Assembly (NCBI GenBank): GCA_964388085.1
Contig: CAYLZW010000002.1
Span: forward strand, 225 to 64,224
Source of the DNA: an uncultured Myxococcales bacterium
Lineage (GTDB): Bacteria; Myxococcota; UBA727; CAYLZW01
Reading direction: 5' to 3'
Length of the DNA stretch: 64,000 nucleotides
Positions 45,396 through 54,766 of the stretch are shown in pieces. The notes beneath the pieces were generated by a model that worked only from the letters and a program-made list of their open reading frames with translations, had not been told where the DNA came from and ran no database searches. The translations under genes and the position numbers were made by a program. The stretch's first letter is position 1; the number at the start of each line of letters is the position of its first letter.

Positions 45396-46360
45396 CAACC
45401 GGCCACGAAGACGTTGAAAGACTTCGGGCGCTCCGCGAAGTCGCGAAAGCGGCCGCGGATGTCGATGAGGCCGATCATCTCGGTGCGCCGTCGGGCGTCG
45501 ATGTTGACGACGAGCTGGGAGCAAGACTCGTACACCGTGAACAGGCCGAGGCCGGCGCCGCCGGAGCGATCGCTTATCTGATCGTCTCCCCGACGGAAGC
45601 AGCGGCCCAGGTAGTCGACGATCGTGTTCGCGCCGAGGGAGCCGAAGGGGTCGCTGACCGCGCAGCCAAGCGTGCGCCCGTCCGACGAGAGCACCACCTC
45701 GATGCCCTCGCCGCGCTGCAACGACACAGGCTCCCCCCGCTTCAGGTGGGAGAAGCGCTCGGCGCCGTGCTCGTCGATGGGCGCGTTGTAGATGGCGTTC
45801 GTCGTCAGCTCGTCGACCACCGTACAGAAGAGCTCCACCATGCGGCTCTGCGTGCCGAGGGCCTCCGCCAGCGCGCGCGCCTGCTCGCGGATCGCGTCGC
45901 GCCCGCCGCTGTTGTCGAGCGTGAAGCGCAGGTGCGAGGCGCCCCAGGGGAAGTACTTCTCGATGCCGAAGATCTCGTCACGCAGGATCTTCTGCACCGT
46001 GATGAGCAGCTCCTGCCCGTCGACCTCCTCGTGGCGGCCGAGCATGTTGCGCACGCCGAGCTCGCCGAACAGCACCGACAGAGCCTCCGGCCGGCGCACC
46101 GCCGAGCACAGCACGAGGCGTCCACGGTCGCGCTCTGCACAGAAGCGCTGAACGGACCGGGCCCGCTCCTGATCGTCGAGAGCGTCGTAGTTCAACAGTA
46201 CGAGGTCGAAGGCGCGCGCGGGAGCGTCCTCGACGCGCTCCACGGTGTCGACGTGAGGCACGATGGAGCGCAGCACGCGGGCCACCGAGCGCGCGTGCTG
46301 CTTGTCCGCATCTACCAGGAGCCCGGACAGCGCGCCGGGTTCCTCGGGGCTCGGCGGCAT
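45395..46360 (-). CDS. Receiver-like domain + GHKL (RsbW/SpoIIAB-like) ATPase, paralog 1
   Basis: Start MPPSPEEPG, 2 nt after the kinase A stop. VDELTTNAIYNAP (N-box), DPFGSL, GGAGLGL. The receiver-like N-terminus has Asn at the usual phospho-Asp position (LVLLNYD). Confidence 0.7.
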   Translation of the reverse strand: MPPSPEEPGALSGLLVDADKQHARSVARVLRSIVPHVDTVERVEDAPARAFDLVLLNYDALDDQERARSVQRFCAERDRGRLVLCSAVRRPEALSVLFGELGVRNMLGRHEEVDGQELLITVQKILRDEIFGIEKYFPWGASHLRFTLDNSGGRDAIREQARALAEALGTQSRMVELFCTVVDELTTNAIYNAPIDEHGAERFSHLKRGEPVSLQRGEGIEVVLSSDGRTLGCAVSDPFGSLGANTIVDYLGRCFRRGDDQISDRSGGAGLGLFTVYESCSQLVVNIDARRRTEMIGLIDIRGRFRDFAERPKSFNVFVAG

Positions 46361-46362
46361 GG

Positions 46363-48567
46363 CTACTCCAGCTCCGTGTCGTGCTTGCGGACGCGGGTGT
46401 GGAGGCTCGCCACCGCCCGGGCGCGCGCGCTGCCGTCGATGGTGTCGGTGGCGTCGAGGCCGCCGGTCTCGTGCGTGGGCGTCAGCAGCGGCGCGGACAG
46501 CTCGCCGCCCTCGAGCGCCTTCTCGACGAGACCCTCGAGCCACTGCGCGAGGTGGGCCGACGTCGCGGCGCGGCCCATCCCCATGAGGGCCGTCTCGAGG
46601 CCGAGCTGCAGATCGCGAGCGCTGCGGAAGCGCTCGTCGTGCTCGCGCCGCAGGGCCTGCTCCACGAGCTGCTCGAGCGAGCGCGGGCAATCGGCGCGCC
46701 GCTCGCGCACGCGGGGGATGGCCGCGTTCAACACGGCGTGCATGGAGCTGTACTCACTGTCGCGACGAAAGAGCGGCTCCCCGACGAGGATCTCCCAGAG
46801 CACGAGCCCGGTCGCGAACACGTCGCTGCGCGCGTCCACCGGCCCGAGCTGTCCGTTGATCTGCTCCGGCGCCATGTAGACGACCTTGCCCTTCAGTTGC
46901 CCCGAGCGCGTCTGGAAGAACGAGTTCGCCACCTTCGAGACGCCGAAGTCCGTCAGCTTCACGGCGCCCGCGTTCGAGAGGAGGATGTTGTGCGGGCTCA
47001 CGTCCCGGTGGACGATGCCGAGCGCGTTCCCCTCTTCGTCGGTGCAGGTGTGCGCGGCGTGGAGCCCCGCGCAGATGTCACTCGCGATGCGACAAGCGAG
47101 CTCGATGGGCACGCGCTGCTCGAGGCGACGAGCGGCCGTCAGCACGGTGCGCAGGTCCCAGCCCTTCACGTACTCCATGGCGATGAAGTAGGCGTCGCCT
47201 TCCTGGCCGAGCTCGAAGATCTGCACGACGTTCGGGTGGGTGATGGCGGCGGCGACGCGCGCCTCCTGCAACAACATCCCCGAGAACTGCTGGTGACGTG
47301 CGAACTCCGGCAGGATCTTCTTCAGCGCTACGCGCTTGACGAAGCCTTGTGGGCCACGCTGCGTCGCCAGGAACACCTCGGCCATGCCGCCGCGCCCGAG
47401 CAGGCGCACGCTCTCGTACTTCGAGAGCAGGGACTGGGTCTCGACCCGAGGGTTCGAGCCGCTGCTGGCCGTGCTGACCTCCGACGTCGACACGCCCGCG
47501 AGCGCGACGCCGGGGTGCGCGTCGAGGTACGCCTTGACGTCGAGCGGGATGGCGGGCGCCATCAACGCCAGCGCGCGCTGGACGCTCTCCGCGCGATCGG
47601 TGCGCAACACGGCGCTGCCGCACACCGCGCAGCCCAGCGCACCCCCGCCGACGTGCGCCTTCAACGTGCCGGCGTCGAGCTCGACGTCGATCGGTCCGCA
47701 TTTGCCGCACGACGCGCGCACGAGGACGGTGGCGACGCGCCCCTTCGCGCGGGCGAGCGCGCTCTCATCCAGCATCCCGGCCACGCGGAGCGGCAGGCGC
47801 GCGAGATAGACCTCGGCGCCGCCGATGTGCATCAGCTCGTCGAGGCGGCGCTCGCCCCCGGGCGCGATCTCGGTGATGCCCGCCAGCACGGCCACGACCA
47901 CGCCCTCGAGGCCGTCGACGAGGCGCTTGAAGCGGGACTTCTTGTCGATGGCGCCCTGCAGCCAGAAGCCGGTGACCTTGCCGTGCACCTCTTTCTGAAC
48001 GGCGAGCTGCGCCGGTGCGTGCGCGGGCGCCTTCCCGAGCGCGCGATCGACGATTCCCTCCAGCTCACGCGCGAGCTTTGGCGGACGCTGGCTCGAGACG
48101 AACGAAAAGTACGCCTCGGGCGAGTCGTCGAACTCGGCCTCCTCGCCGCAAGCCTCGCAGCGGTGCACGGGCGCTTCGCCGCGCGCCACGTGCTCGTCGT
48201 CGTGACGCAGGTCGATCAGCACCTCGCTCTCGTGATCGCAGTGCTCGCAGAGGTACGGCAGGTACATGCTGACCAGCGCGCCGTTCCCGGCGAACCCGGC
48301 CACCATGTTGAACTGCGAGACCAGCGCCGGCCGCGCGTTCACGAAGCAGTAGACGTCGGCCGCGAGGCTCCGGAGGGCGGCGACCCATTCGCGTACGCCG
48401 AAGGACGTAATGCGCCGAACCCCGTCGAGATCGACGACGACCGCGCCGGCGAGCCCGTCGACCATCGCCCGGCTGGCGAAGTCCGCGTCGATCTCGCCGG
48501 AGAGGCGCACGATGGCACCTCCCGGGACGGCGAGCTTGTCGATGCGAAGCTGTGGATCTTTCGGCAT
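46363..48567 (-). CDS. 2x(STAS + zinc ribbon) - Hanks Ser/Thr kinase, paralog A
   Basis: VVVDLDGVRRITSFGVREWV + LCEHCDHE...CEACGEE; second module with SCGKCGP...CAVCGS. Kinase motifs GRGGMAEV, VALKKI, HRDVSPHN, DFGVSK, YMAPEQ. Start taken at the ATG (MPKDPQLRIDK) rather than the TTG at 48591. Confidence 0.85.
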   Translation of the reverse strand: MPKDPQLRIDKLAVPGGAIVRLSGEIDADFASRAMVDGLAGAVVVDLDGVRRITSFGVREWVAALRSLAADVYCFVNARPALVSQFNMVAGFAGNGALVSMYLPYLCEHCDHESEVLIDLRHDDEHVARGEAPVHRCEACGEEAEFDDSPEAYFSFVSSQRPPKLARELEGIVDRALGKAPAHAPAQLAVQKEVHGKVTGFWLQGAIDKKSRFKRLVDGLEGVVVAVLAGITEIAPGGERRLDELMHIGGAEVYLARLPLRVAGMLDESALARAKGRVATVLVRASCGKCGPIDVELDAGTLKAHVGGGALGCAVCGSAVLRTDRAESVQRALALMAPAIPLDVKAYLDAHPGVALAGVSTSEVSTASSGSNPRVETQSLLSKYESVRLLGRGGMAEVFLATQRGPQGFVKRVALKKILPEFARHQQFSGMLLQEARVAAAITHPNVVQIFELGQEGDAYFIAMEYVKGWDLRTVLTAARRLEQRVPIELACRIASDICAGLHAAHTCTDEEGNALGIVHRDVSPHNILLSNAGAVKLTDFGVSKVANSFFQTRSGQLKGKVVYMAPEQINGQLGPVDARSDVFATGLVLWEILVGEPLFRRDSEYSSMHAVLNAAIPRVRERRADCPRSLEQLVEQALRREHDERFRSARDLQLGLETALMGMGRAATSAHLAQWLEGLVEKALEGGELSAPLLTPTHETGGLDATDTIDGSARARAVASLHTRVRKHDTELE

Positions 48568-48845
48568 CTGTTTGGACGTCGACGGGGGCAACGAAGCGGC
48601 GCTTCATCCTCGCCTCCCCCCGTATCGTTGTCCAGGCGACCGCGTCGGGGTGAGACACGCGCACCGGCACCGGACGGCAGTGCGAGCGTTCCCCACAGCC
48701 GTTCCGCCACAGCGCGACAGGTTGCCCCCGTCGGCGAGCCGGGCCGTGAGCGTGCATGCCGTGCCAGGCGCCCGCGGAGCACGCAGCGGCTGGCGCGGTG
48801 TCTGCTTCGTTTGCGCTCACGTCATCACGACGCCGGGAGCCGCTC

Positions 48846-50723
48846 ATGAGCGAGAACGTCAGCGAATATATGATCCGCCGCCTCATCGACTGGGGCATCG
48901 ACCGCATCTTCGGCTACCCCGGCGACGGCATCAACGCGTTCCTGGGCGCGCTCGACGAGCGGCAGGACGCCGTGCGCTTCATCCAGACGAGACACGAAGA
49001 GCTGGCGGCCTTCATGGCGTGCGCGCACGCGAAGTTCACCGGCAAGGTCGGTGTGTGCCTCGCCACCTCCGGGCCCGGCGCGATTCATCTCCTGAACGGC
49101 CTCTACGACGCGGCCAAGGACCACCAGCCCGTCGTCGCCATCATCGGGCAGCAGGCCAGCACGGCGCTCGGCACCGACTATCAGCAGGAGGTGGACCTGC
49201 CGAACCTGTTCAAGGACGTCGCCCATCTGTTCTGTCACACCTGCATGACGCCGGCGCAGGCACGCCACCTCATAGACCGCGCGGTCCGCATCGCGATGGC
49301 GGAGCGCGACGTCACTTGCATCATCGTGCCGAACGACGTGCAGGAGATGGACGCGGTGACGAGCCCAGCGCGCACGCACGGCACGACGCTCTCCGGCATG
49401 GGCTGGAGCCCGCCGCGCGTCATCCCGCACGACGACGACCTGCGCCGCGCCGCGGACGTCCTGAACGAGGGACAGCGCGTCGCCATCCTCGCGGGCGCCG
49501 GCGCGCTCGGCGCCGGGGAGGAGCTCGCTTCCGTCGCCAACCGGCTCGGCTCCGGGATCGCGAAGGCGCTGCTCGGGCGCGCCGTGCTGCCGGACGCGCT
49601 GCCCTATGTGACGGGCTCCATCGGCCTGCTCGGCACGAGGCCCACCGATCTCATGATGCAGCGCTGCGACACGTTGCTCATGGTCGGCTCGAGCTTCCCG
49701 TATTCCGAGTGGCTGCCGCGCGAGGGTCAGGCGCGTGGTGTGCAAATCGACTTGAAGCCGCGCATGCTCGGGCTCCGCTACCCCATGGAGGTGAACCTCT
49801 GCGGCGACGCACGCGAGACGCTGCGCGCGTTGCTGCCGCTGTTGCGTGACAAGCCGAACAAGGCGTTCCAGGAGGAGATCTTCGGCTGGGTGAAGGACTG
49901 GTGGGCGGTGCTCGAGGAGCGCGCGATGCTGGACGCCCAGCCCATCAATCCGCAGCGCGTCTTCTGGGAGCTCTCGCCGCTGCTCCCCGATCGATCGATC
50001 GTCACCGCCGACTCGGGCTCGGCCGCGAATTGGTGGGCGCGCGACCTCAAGCTGCGCGACGGCATGATGGCGTCGCTCTCCGGCAACCTGGCGACGATGG
50101 GGCCGGGCGTCCCCTACGCCATCGCGGCCAAGCTCGCGCACCCGGACCGCCTCGTCATCGCCTGCGTCGGCGACGGCGCCATGCAGATGAACGGGATCAA
50201 CGGGCTCATCACCATCGCCGAGCTGTGGGAGGAGTGGGCCGACCCGCGCCTCATCGTGCTCGTGCTGAACAACCGGGATCTGAACCAGGTGACGTGGGAG
50301 CAGCGGGTCATGGCCGGCGATCCGAAGTTCAACACCTCACAGGTGGTGCCCGACTTCTCGTACGCGGGCTACGCCGAGCTCATCGGGCTCAAGGGCGTCC
50401 TGATGGAGCGCCCCGACGACATCGTCCCCGGCTGGGAGGAGGCGCTGGCCGCCAAGCGCCCCGTCGTCGTGGAGGCGATCACCGATCCGGAGGTGCCGCC
50501 GCTGCCGCCGCACATCAAGCTCGAGCAGGCGACGAAGTACGCGCAGGCGATCTTCAAGGGCGATCCGCACGGCTGGCGCGCCGTCAAACAGTCGGTGAAG
50601 GGGCTCTCCGCGCGCATCACGGGACCGGCGAAGAGCCACGCCGGCCGCGACGCCGGGAAGTCGCAGAGGAACCGCCGCGCCGGTAACGGCGGTGGCCCCC
50701 ACGACGGGCGAGGCGACGAATGA
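48846..50723 (+). CDS. Thiamine-diphosphate enzyme, pyruvate oxidase/pyruvate:quinone oxidoreductase (PoxB)-like
   Basis: IFGYPGDGINAFLGAL, HEELAAFMACAHAKFTGKVGVC, GPGAIHLLNGLYDA, CVGDGAMQMNG...VLNNRDLNQV. Colinear with E. coli PoxB over the full length. Start at MSENVSEY. Confidence 0.85.
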   Translation: MSENVSEYMIRRLIDWGIDRIFGYPGDGINAFLGALDERQDAVRFIQTRHEELAAFMACAHAKFTGKVGVCLATSGPGAIHLLNGLYDAAKDHQPVVAIIGQQASTALGTDYQQEVDLPNLFKDVAHLFCHTCMTPAQARHLIDRAVRIAMAERDVTCIIVPNDVQEMDAVTSPARTHGTTLSGMGWSPPRVIPHDDDLRRAADVLNEGQRVAILAGAGALGAGEELASVANRLGSGIAKALLGRAVLPDALPYVTGSIGLLGTRPTDLMMQRCDTLLMVGSSFPYSEWLPREGQARGVQIDLKPRMLGLRYPMEVNLCGDARETLRALLPLLRDKPNKAFQEEIFGWVKDWWAVLEERAMLDAQPINPQRVFWELSPLLPDRSIVTADSGSAANWWARDLKLRDGMMASLSGNLATMGPGVPYAIAAKLAHPDRLVIACVGDGAMQMNGINGLITIAELWEEWADPRLIVLVLNNRDLNQVTWEQRVMAGDPKFNTSQVVPDFSYAGYAELIGLKGVLMERPDDIVPGWEEALAAKRPVVVEAITDPEVPPLPPHIKLEQATKYAQAIFKGDPHGWRAVKQSVKGLSARITGPAKSHAGRDAGKSQRNRRAGNGGGPHDGRGDE

Positions 50724-51814
50724 GCGCCGAACCCCGTGTCGAGCGGCTCGGCGCCAGCGCCTACACGTTCCCGCTCGAAGAGGCGGAGTCAGACGGCACG
50801 CTCTCTTGGGACGCGGTCACCGTGGTGGTCGTCGAAGCGCACGCCGGAGGCCGCTATGGTCTCGGCTATGGCTACACAGCGGCGGACGCCGCCCAGCTCG
50901 TCGAGGAGGAGCTGCGCGCGCAGGTGGAGGGCACCCCCGCGCTCGCCCCCGAGGTCGCCTGGCAGCGTTCACTCCGTCATCTTCGAAACTTTGGCACCCG
51001 TGGCATCGGCGCGACCGCCGTCTCGGCGGTGGACGTCGCGCTCTGGGACCTGAAGGCCAAGCTGCTCGACCTGCCGCTCGTGGATCTGCTCGGCGCCGTT
51101 CGCGACGAGATCGCCGTCTACGGCAGCGGCGGCTTCACCTCGCTGGATCCGTCGTCGCTGTGCGCGCAGCTCACGGACTTCGCCGATCAGGGGATGATGC
51201 GCGTGAAGATGAAGGTGGGCCGCGCCCCCGACGAGGACGCCGCGCGGGTGGCGGCCGTGCGCGCCTCCCTCGACGACGATATCGAGCTCTTCGTCGACGC
51301 CAACGGGGCGTACACCGAGAAGCAGGCGCTCCAGCTCGCGGCCGGCTTCGCCGACCAGGGAGTGACCTGGTTCGAGGAGCCCGTCTCCTCCGACAACCTG
51401 CGTGGGCTGCGCTTTGTTCGAGAGCGCTGCCCCGTAGGCATCTCCGTGAGCGCCGGCGAGTACGGCTACGCGCCCGGGGACTTTCGGCGCATGCTCGAGA
51501 GCCGCGCGGTGGATGTGCTGCAGGCGGACGCGACCCGCTGCCTCGGCGTCACCGGCTACCTGAAGGCGGCCGCCCTGGCCGAGGCGTTCTTCATCCCCCT
51601 CTCGTCGCACTGCGCGCCGGCGCTGCACGCTCACCTCGGCTGCGCGCTGCGCCAACAGATCCACGCGGAGTGGTTTCACGATCACGTAGTTATCGAATCG
51701 ATGCTCTTCGACGGCGGACCGCGGCTCGTGGGCGGGACCCTGCGTCCTCTCCGTGACGCCGCCGGGCTCGGCCTCGTGCTGAAGCGCCAGGACGCGGAGC
51801 GCTTCGCCGCCTGA
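50720..51814 (+). CDS. Enolase-superfamily (mandelate racemase/muconate-lactonizing-enzyme-like) protein
   Basis: KMKVG, ELFVDANGAY and FEEP acidic metal-ligand pattern. ATGA overlap with the poxB-like stop. Confidence 0.8.
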   Translation: MSAEPRVERLGASAYTFPLEEAESDGTLSWDAVTVVVVEAHAGGRYGLGYGYTAADAAQLVEEELRAQVEGTPALAPEVAWQRSLRHLRNFGTRGIGATAVSAVDVALWDLKAKLLDLPLVDLLGAVRDEIAVYGSGGFTSLDPSSLCAQLTDFADQGMMRVKMKVGRAPDEDAARVAAVRASLDDDIELFVDANGAYTEKQALQLAAGFADQGVTWFEEPVSSDNLRGLRFVRERCPVGISVSAGEYGYAPGDFRRMLESRAVDVLQADATRCLGVTGYLKAAALAEAFFIPLSSHCAPALHAHLGCALRQQIHAEWFHDHVVIESMLFDGGPRLVGGTLRPLRDAAGLGLVLKRQDAERFAA

Positions 51815-51829
51815 GCGCAGGGAGGTCCG

Positions 51830-54766
51830 GTGTCCCAGCTCGTCCCTCTGGTCTCGTCCGTGGACCGGCGATGTCCGCCCGACGGCGAGGCCGATGCATC
51901 GCTGTACCACGCGCTCTCCGACGTCATCGAAGGCGACGTGCGCTTCGATCGCGCGCATCGGGCCATGTACGGCGTGGACGCGTCCAACTACCGGGAGATG
52001 ACGATCGGCGTCGTGCGGCCGGAGCACGAGCTCGACGTGCTGCGCGCGCTCGAGGTGTGTCGAGCCTTCGGAGCGCCCGTGCTCGCGCGCGGCGGCGGCA
52101 CGAGCCTCGCGGGCCAGACCTGTAACCACGCCGTCGTGCTCGACTTCACCGCGCACATGAACGAGGTGCTCGAGGTGGACGTCGAACGCCGGCTGGCGCG
52201 GGTCCAGCCGGGCGTCGTGCTGGACGCTCTGCGCGCGCGCACCCTGCCCCACGGCCTCACCTTCGGCCCCGACCCGGCGACGCACAACCGCTGCACGCTC
52301 GGCGGCATGATCGGCAACAACTCGTGCGGGACCCACGCGGTGCAAGCGGAGTTTTATGGGCCTGGCGCGAGGACCTCCGACAACGTCGCGCGGCTGCTCG
52401 TCGCCACCTATGACGGCGCCGTGCTGGACGTCGGCCCGACACCGCCGGAGGAGCTCGAGCGCGTCGTCGCGGGCGGCGGTCGCGTCGCGCAGATCTACCG
52501 CCGCCTGCGCCGCCTCGTGGAGACGCACGGCGATCTCATCCGCGAACGCTACCCGGACCTCCCCCGGCGCGTCAGCGGCTACAACCTGCCGGACCTCTTG
52601 CCCGAGAACGGCTTCGACGTCGGCAAGGCGCTCGTCGGCAGCGAGTGCACCTGCGTCATCGCGCTCGAGGCGACGCTGAAGCTCATCCCGGCGCTCCGAG
52701 AGCGCACCCTTGTCGTCTGCGCCTACGACAGCATCGATCAAGCCGCCGATCATGTCCCCGTGCTGCGCGAGCTCAAGCCGGTCGGCTGCGAGGCCTTCGA
52801 CTGGCGCCTCGTCGAGCTGCTCGAACAGAGCGAGCAGTACCGCGACGCGCTGAAGGTGCTGCCCGAGGGGCGCGCGTGGATGCTCGTGGAGCTCGGCGCC
52901 GACACCCGGGAAGAGGCCCGCGAGAAGGCCGAGCGCGTCGTGCGGCGGCTCGAGGGACATCGGCTGCCGTGCCGGCTCCGCCTCGTCGACGACGAGGACG
53001 AACAGGCGAAGCTGTGGGCGGTGCGCGAAGCCGGCCTTGGTGTGACGGCGCACGTACCGGACATCGGGTTCTCCGCGCCGGGCTGGGAGGACGCCGCCGT
53101 GCCCCCTGAGAACCTGGGCGCCTACCTGCGTGACTTCGAGGCGCTCATGAGAGCGCTGCACCACGAGGGCGCGCTCTACGGACACTTCGGCCAAGGCTGC
53201 GTGCACACGCGCATCGACTTCGATCTGCATGACGAGGCCGGCGTGCGATCGTTCCGGGACTTCACCCGGCGCGCGGCCGAGCTCGTGGTCCATTACGGCG
53301 GGTCCCTCTCGGGAGAGCACGGCGACGGACGCGCGCGCGGCGACCTGCTGCCGCTGATGTTCGGTGACGACGGCGTCGAGATGATGCGCGAGTTCAAGCA
53401 CATCTGGGATCCGGCGGGCAAGATGAACCCCGGCCGGGTCGTCGACGCGGAGCCGCGCGGCACGGACCTTCGCATCTTGCACTACCCGCCGGCGCAGCCC
53501 GACACGGTGTTCGGCTTTCCCGAGGACGAGGGCCGGCTGACCCACGCCGCGCTGCGCTGTGTCGGCATCGGTGAGTGCCGCCGCAGCGAGGGCGGCACCA
53601 TGTGCCCGAGCTGGATGGTGACACACGAGGAGAAGCACTCGACGCGCGGCCGCGCGCACCTCTTGTGGGAGATGCTCGAGGGCGACGTCGTGCGAGACGG
53701 CTGGAAGAGCGAAGAGGTGAAGGACTCGCTCGAGCTGTGCCTGTCCTGCAAGGGCTGCAAGAGCGACTGCCCGGTGAACGTCGACATGGCGACGTACAAG
53801 GCGGAGTTCCTGTACCACTATTACCGAGGGCGCCTCCGGCCGCGCTCGGCCTATGCGTTCGGGTATGTGCATTTGTGGTCGAGGCTGGCGTCGCTCGCGC
53901 CGTGGCTGGCGAACTTCGTGGCGCACGCGCCCGGACTGTCGCGCGCGTTCAAGGTCGCCGCGGGGCTGCACGCGGATCGGGAGCTCCCGCGCTTCGCCAA
54001 GACGACCTTTCGACGCTCGTTTCGCCCGGCGCCGGGGAGCGGCAGCGGGCGCCGCGTCCTCGTGTGGGTCGACACGTTCAACAATCACTTCCATCCGAGC
54101 GAGCTGCACGCGCTCGTCGACGTGCTGGCGCGGACGGGCTGCGCGCCCCAGCTCTCGCCTGCGCGCCTGTGCTGCGGCAGGCCGGCATACGAGTACGGAC
54201 AGCTCGACGTCGCTCGAGGCCTCCTGCGTCAGGCGCTCGACGCGCTGGAGGGCGAGATCTCCCTCGGGACCCCCATCGTCGGCCTCGAGCCGAGCTGCGT
54301 GTCGGTGTTTCGCGAGGAGCTGCCCGCGCTCTTTCCCGACGACCCGCGCGCGCAGCAGCTCTCCAAACAAGTGTTCACGCTCGCGGAGCTCCTACGCGAC
54401 GAACATCGCGACTGGTCGCTGCCCGAAATGCGCGGCCACGTGCTGCTGCACGGCCACTGTCACGACAAGTCGGTGCTCGGCTTCTCCCAGACGCCGTCGC
54501 TGCTGGAGGAGCTCGGCTTCGAGGTCGAGGTGCCCGACTCGGGCTGCTGCGGCATGGCCGGCGGCTTCGGCTACGAGCGCGAGAAGTACGACGTGAGCCG
54601 GGCCTGCGGGGAGCGCGTGCTGCTCCCCGCGGTGCGGGACGCCGAGGCGGGCAGCCTCATCTGCGCGGACGGCTTCTCCTGCCGCTCCCAGATCCGCGAT
54701 CTCAGTCAGCGTGAAGCGCTCACGTTGCCCAGCGTGATCACGCGCGCGCTCGGGAGGCGAACATGA
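51830..54766 (+). CDS. FAD-linked oxidase (GlcD-like) fused to Fe-S/CCG-domain (GlcF-like) oxidoreductase
   Basis: N-terminal FAD-binding PCMH region (VVRPEHELDVLRALEVCRAFGAPVLARGGGTSLAGQ). Cys clusters CLSCKGCKSDCP...CCG. GTG start after GGAGG. Confidence 0.85.
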   Translation: MSQLVPLVSSVDRRCPPDGEADASLYHALSDVIEGDVRFDRAHRAMYGVDASNYREMTIGVVRPEHELDVLRALEVCRAFGAPVLARGGGTSLAGQTCNHAVVLDFTAHMNEVLEVDVERRLARVQPGVVLDALRARTLPHGLTFGPDPATHNRCTLGGMIGNNSCGTHAVQAEFYGPGARTSDNVARLLVATYDGAVLDVGPTPPEELERVVAGGGRVAQIYRRLRRLVETHGDLIRERYPDLPRRVSGYNLPDLLPENGFDVGKALVGSECTCVIALEATLKLIPALRERTLVVCAYDSIDQAADHVPVLRELKPVGCEAFDWRLVELLEQSEQYRDALKVLPEGRAWMLVELGADTREEAREKAERVVRRLEGHRLPCRLRLVDDEDEQAKLWAVREAGLGVTAHVPDIGFSAPGWEDAAVPPENLGAYLRDFEALMRALHHEGALYGHFGQGCVHTRIDFDLHDEAGVRSFRDFTRRAAELVVHYGGSLSGEHGDGRARGDLLPLMFGDDGVEMMREFKHIWDPAGKMNPGRVVDAEPRGTDLRILHYPPAQPDTVFGFPEDEGRLTHAALRCVGIGECRRSEGGTMCPSWMVTHEEKHSTRGRAHLLWEMLEGDVVRDGWKSEEVKDSLELCLSCKGCKSDCPVNVDMATYKAEFLYHYYRGRLRPRSAYAFGYVHLWSRLASLAPWLANFVAHAPGLSRAFKVAAGLHADRELPRFAKTTFRRSFRPAPGSGSGRRVLVWVDTFNNHFHPSELHALVDVLARTGCAPQLSPARLCCGRPAYEYGQLDVARGLLRQALDALEGEISLGTPIVGLEPSCVSVFREELPALFPDDPRAQQLSKQVFTLAELLRDEHRDWSLPEMRGHVLLHGHCHDKSVLGFSQTPSLLEELGFEVEVPDSGCCGMAGGFGYEREKYDVSRACGERVLLPAVRDAEAGSLICADGFSCRSQIRDLSQREALTLPSVITRALGRRT

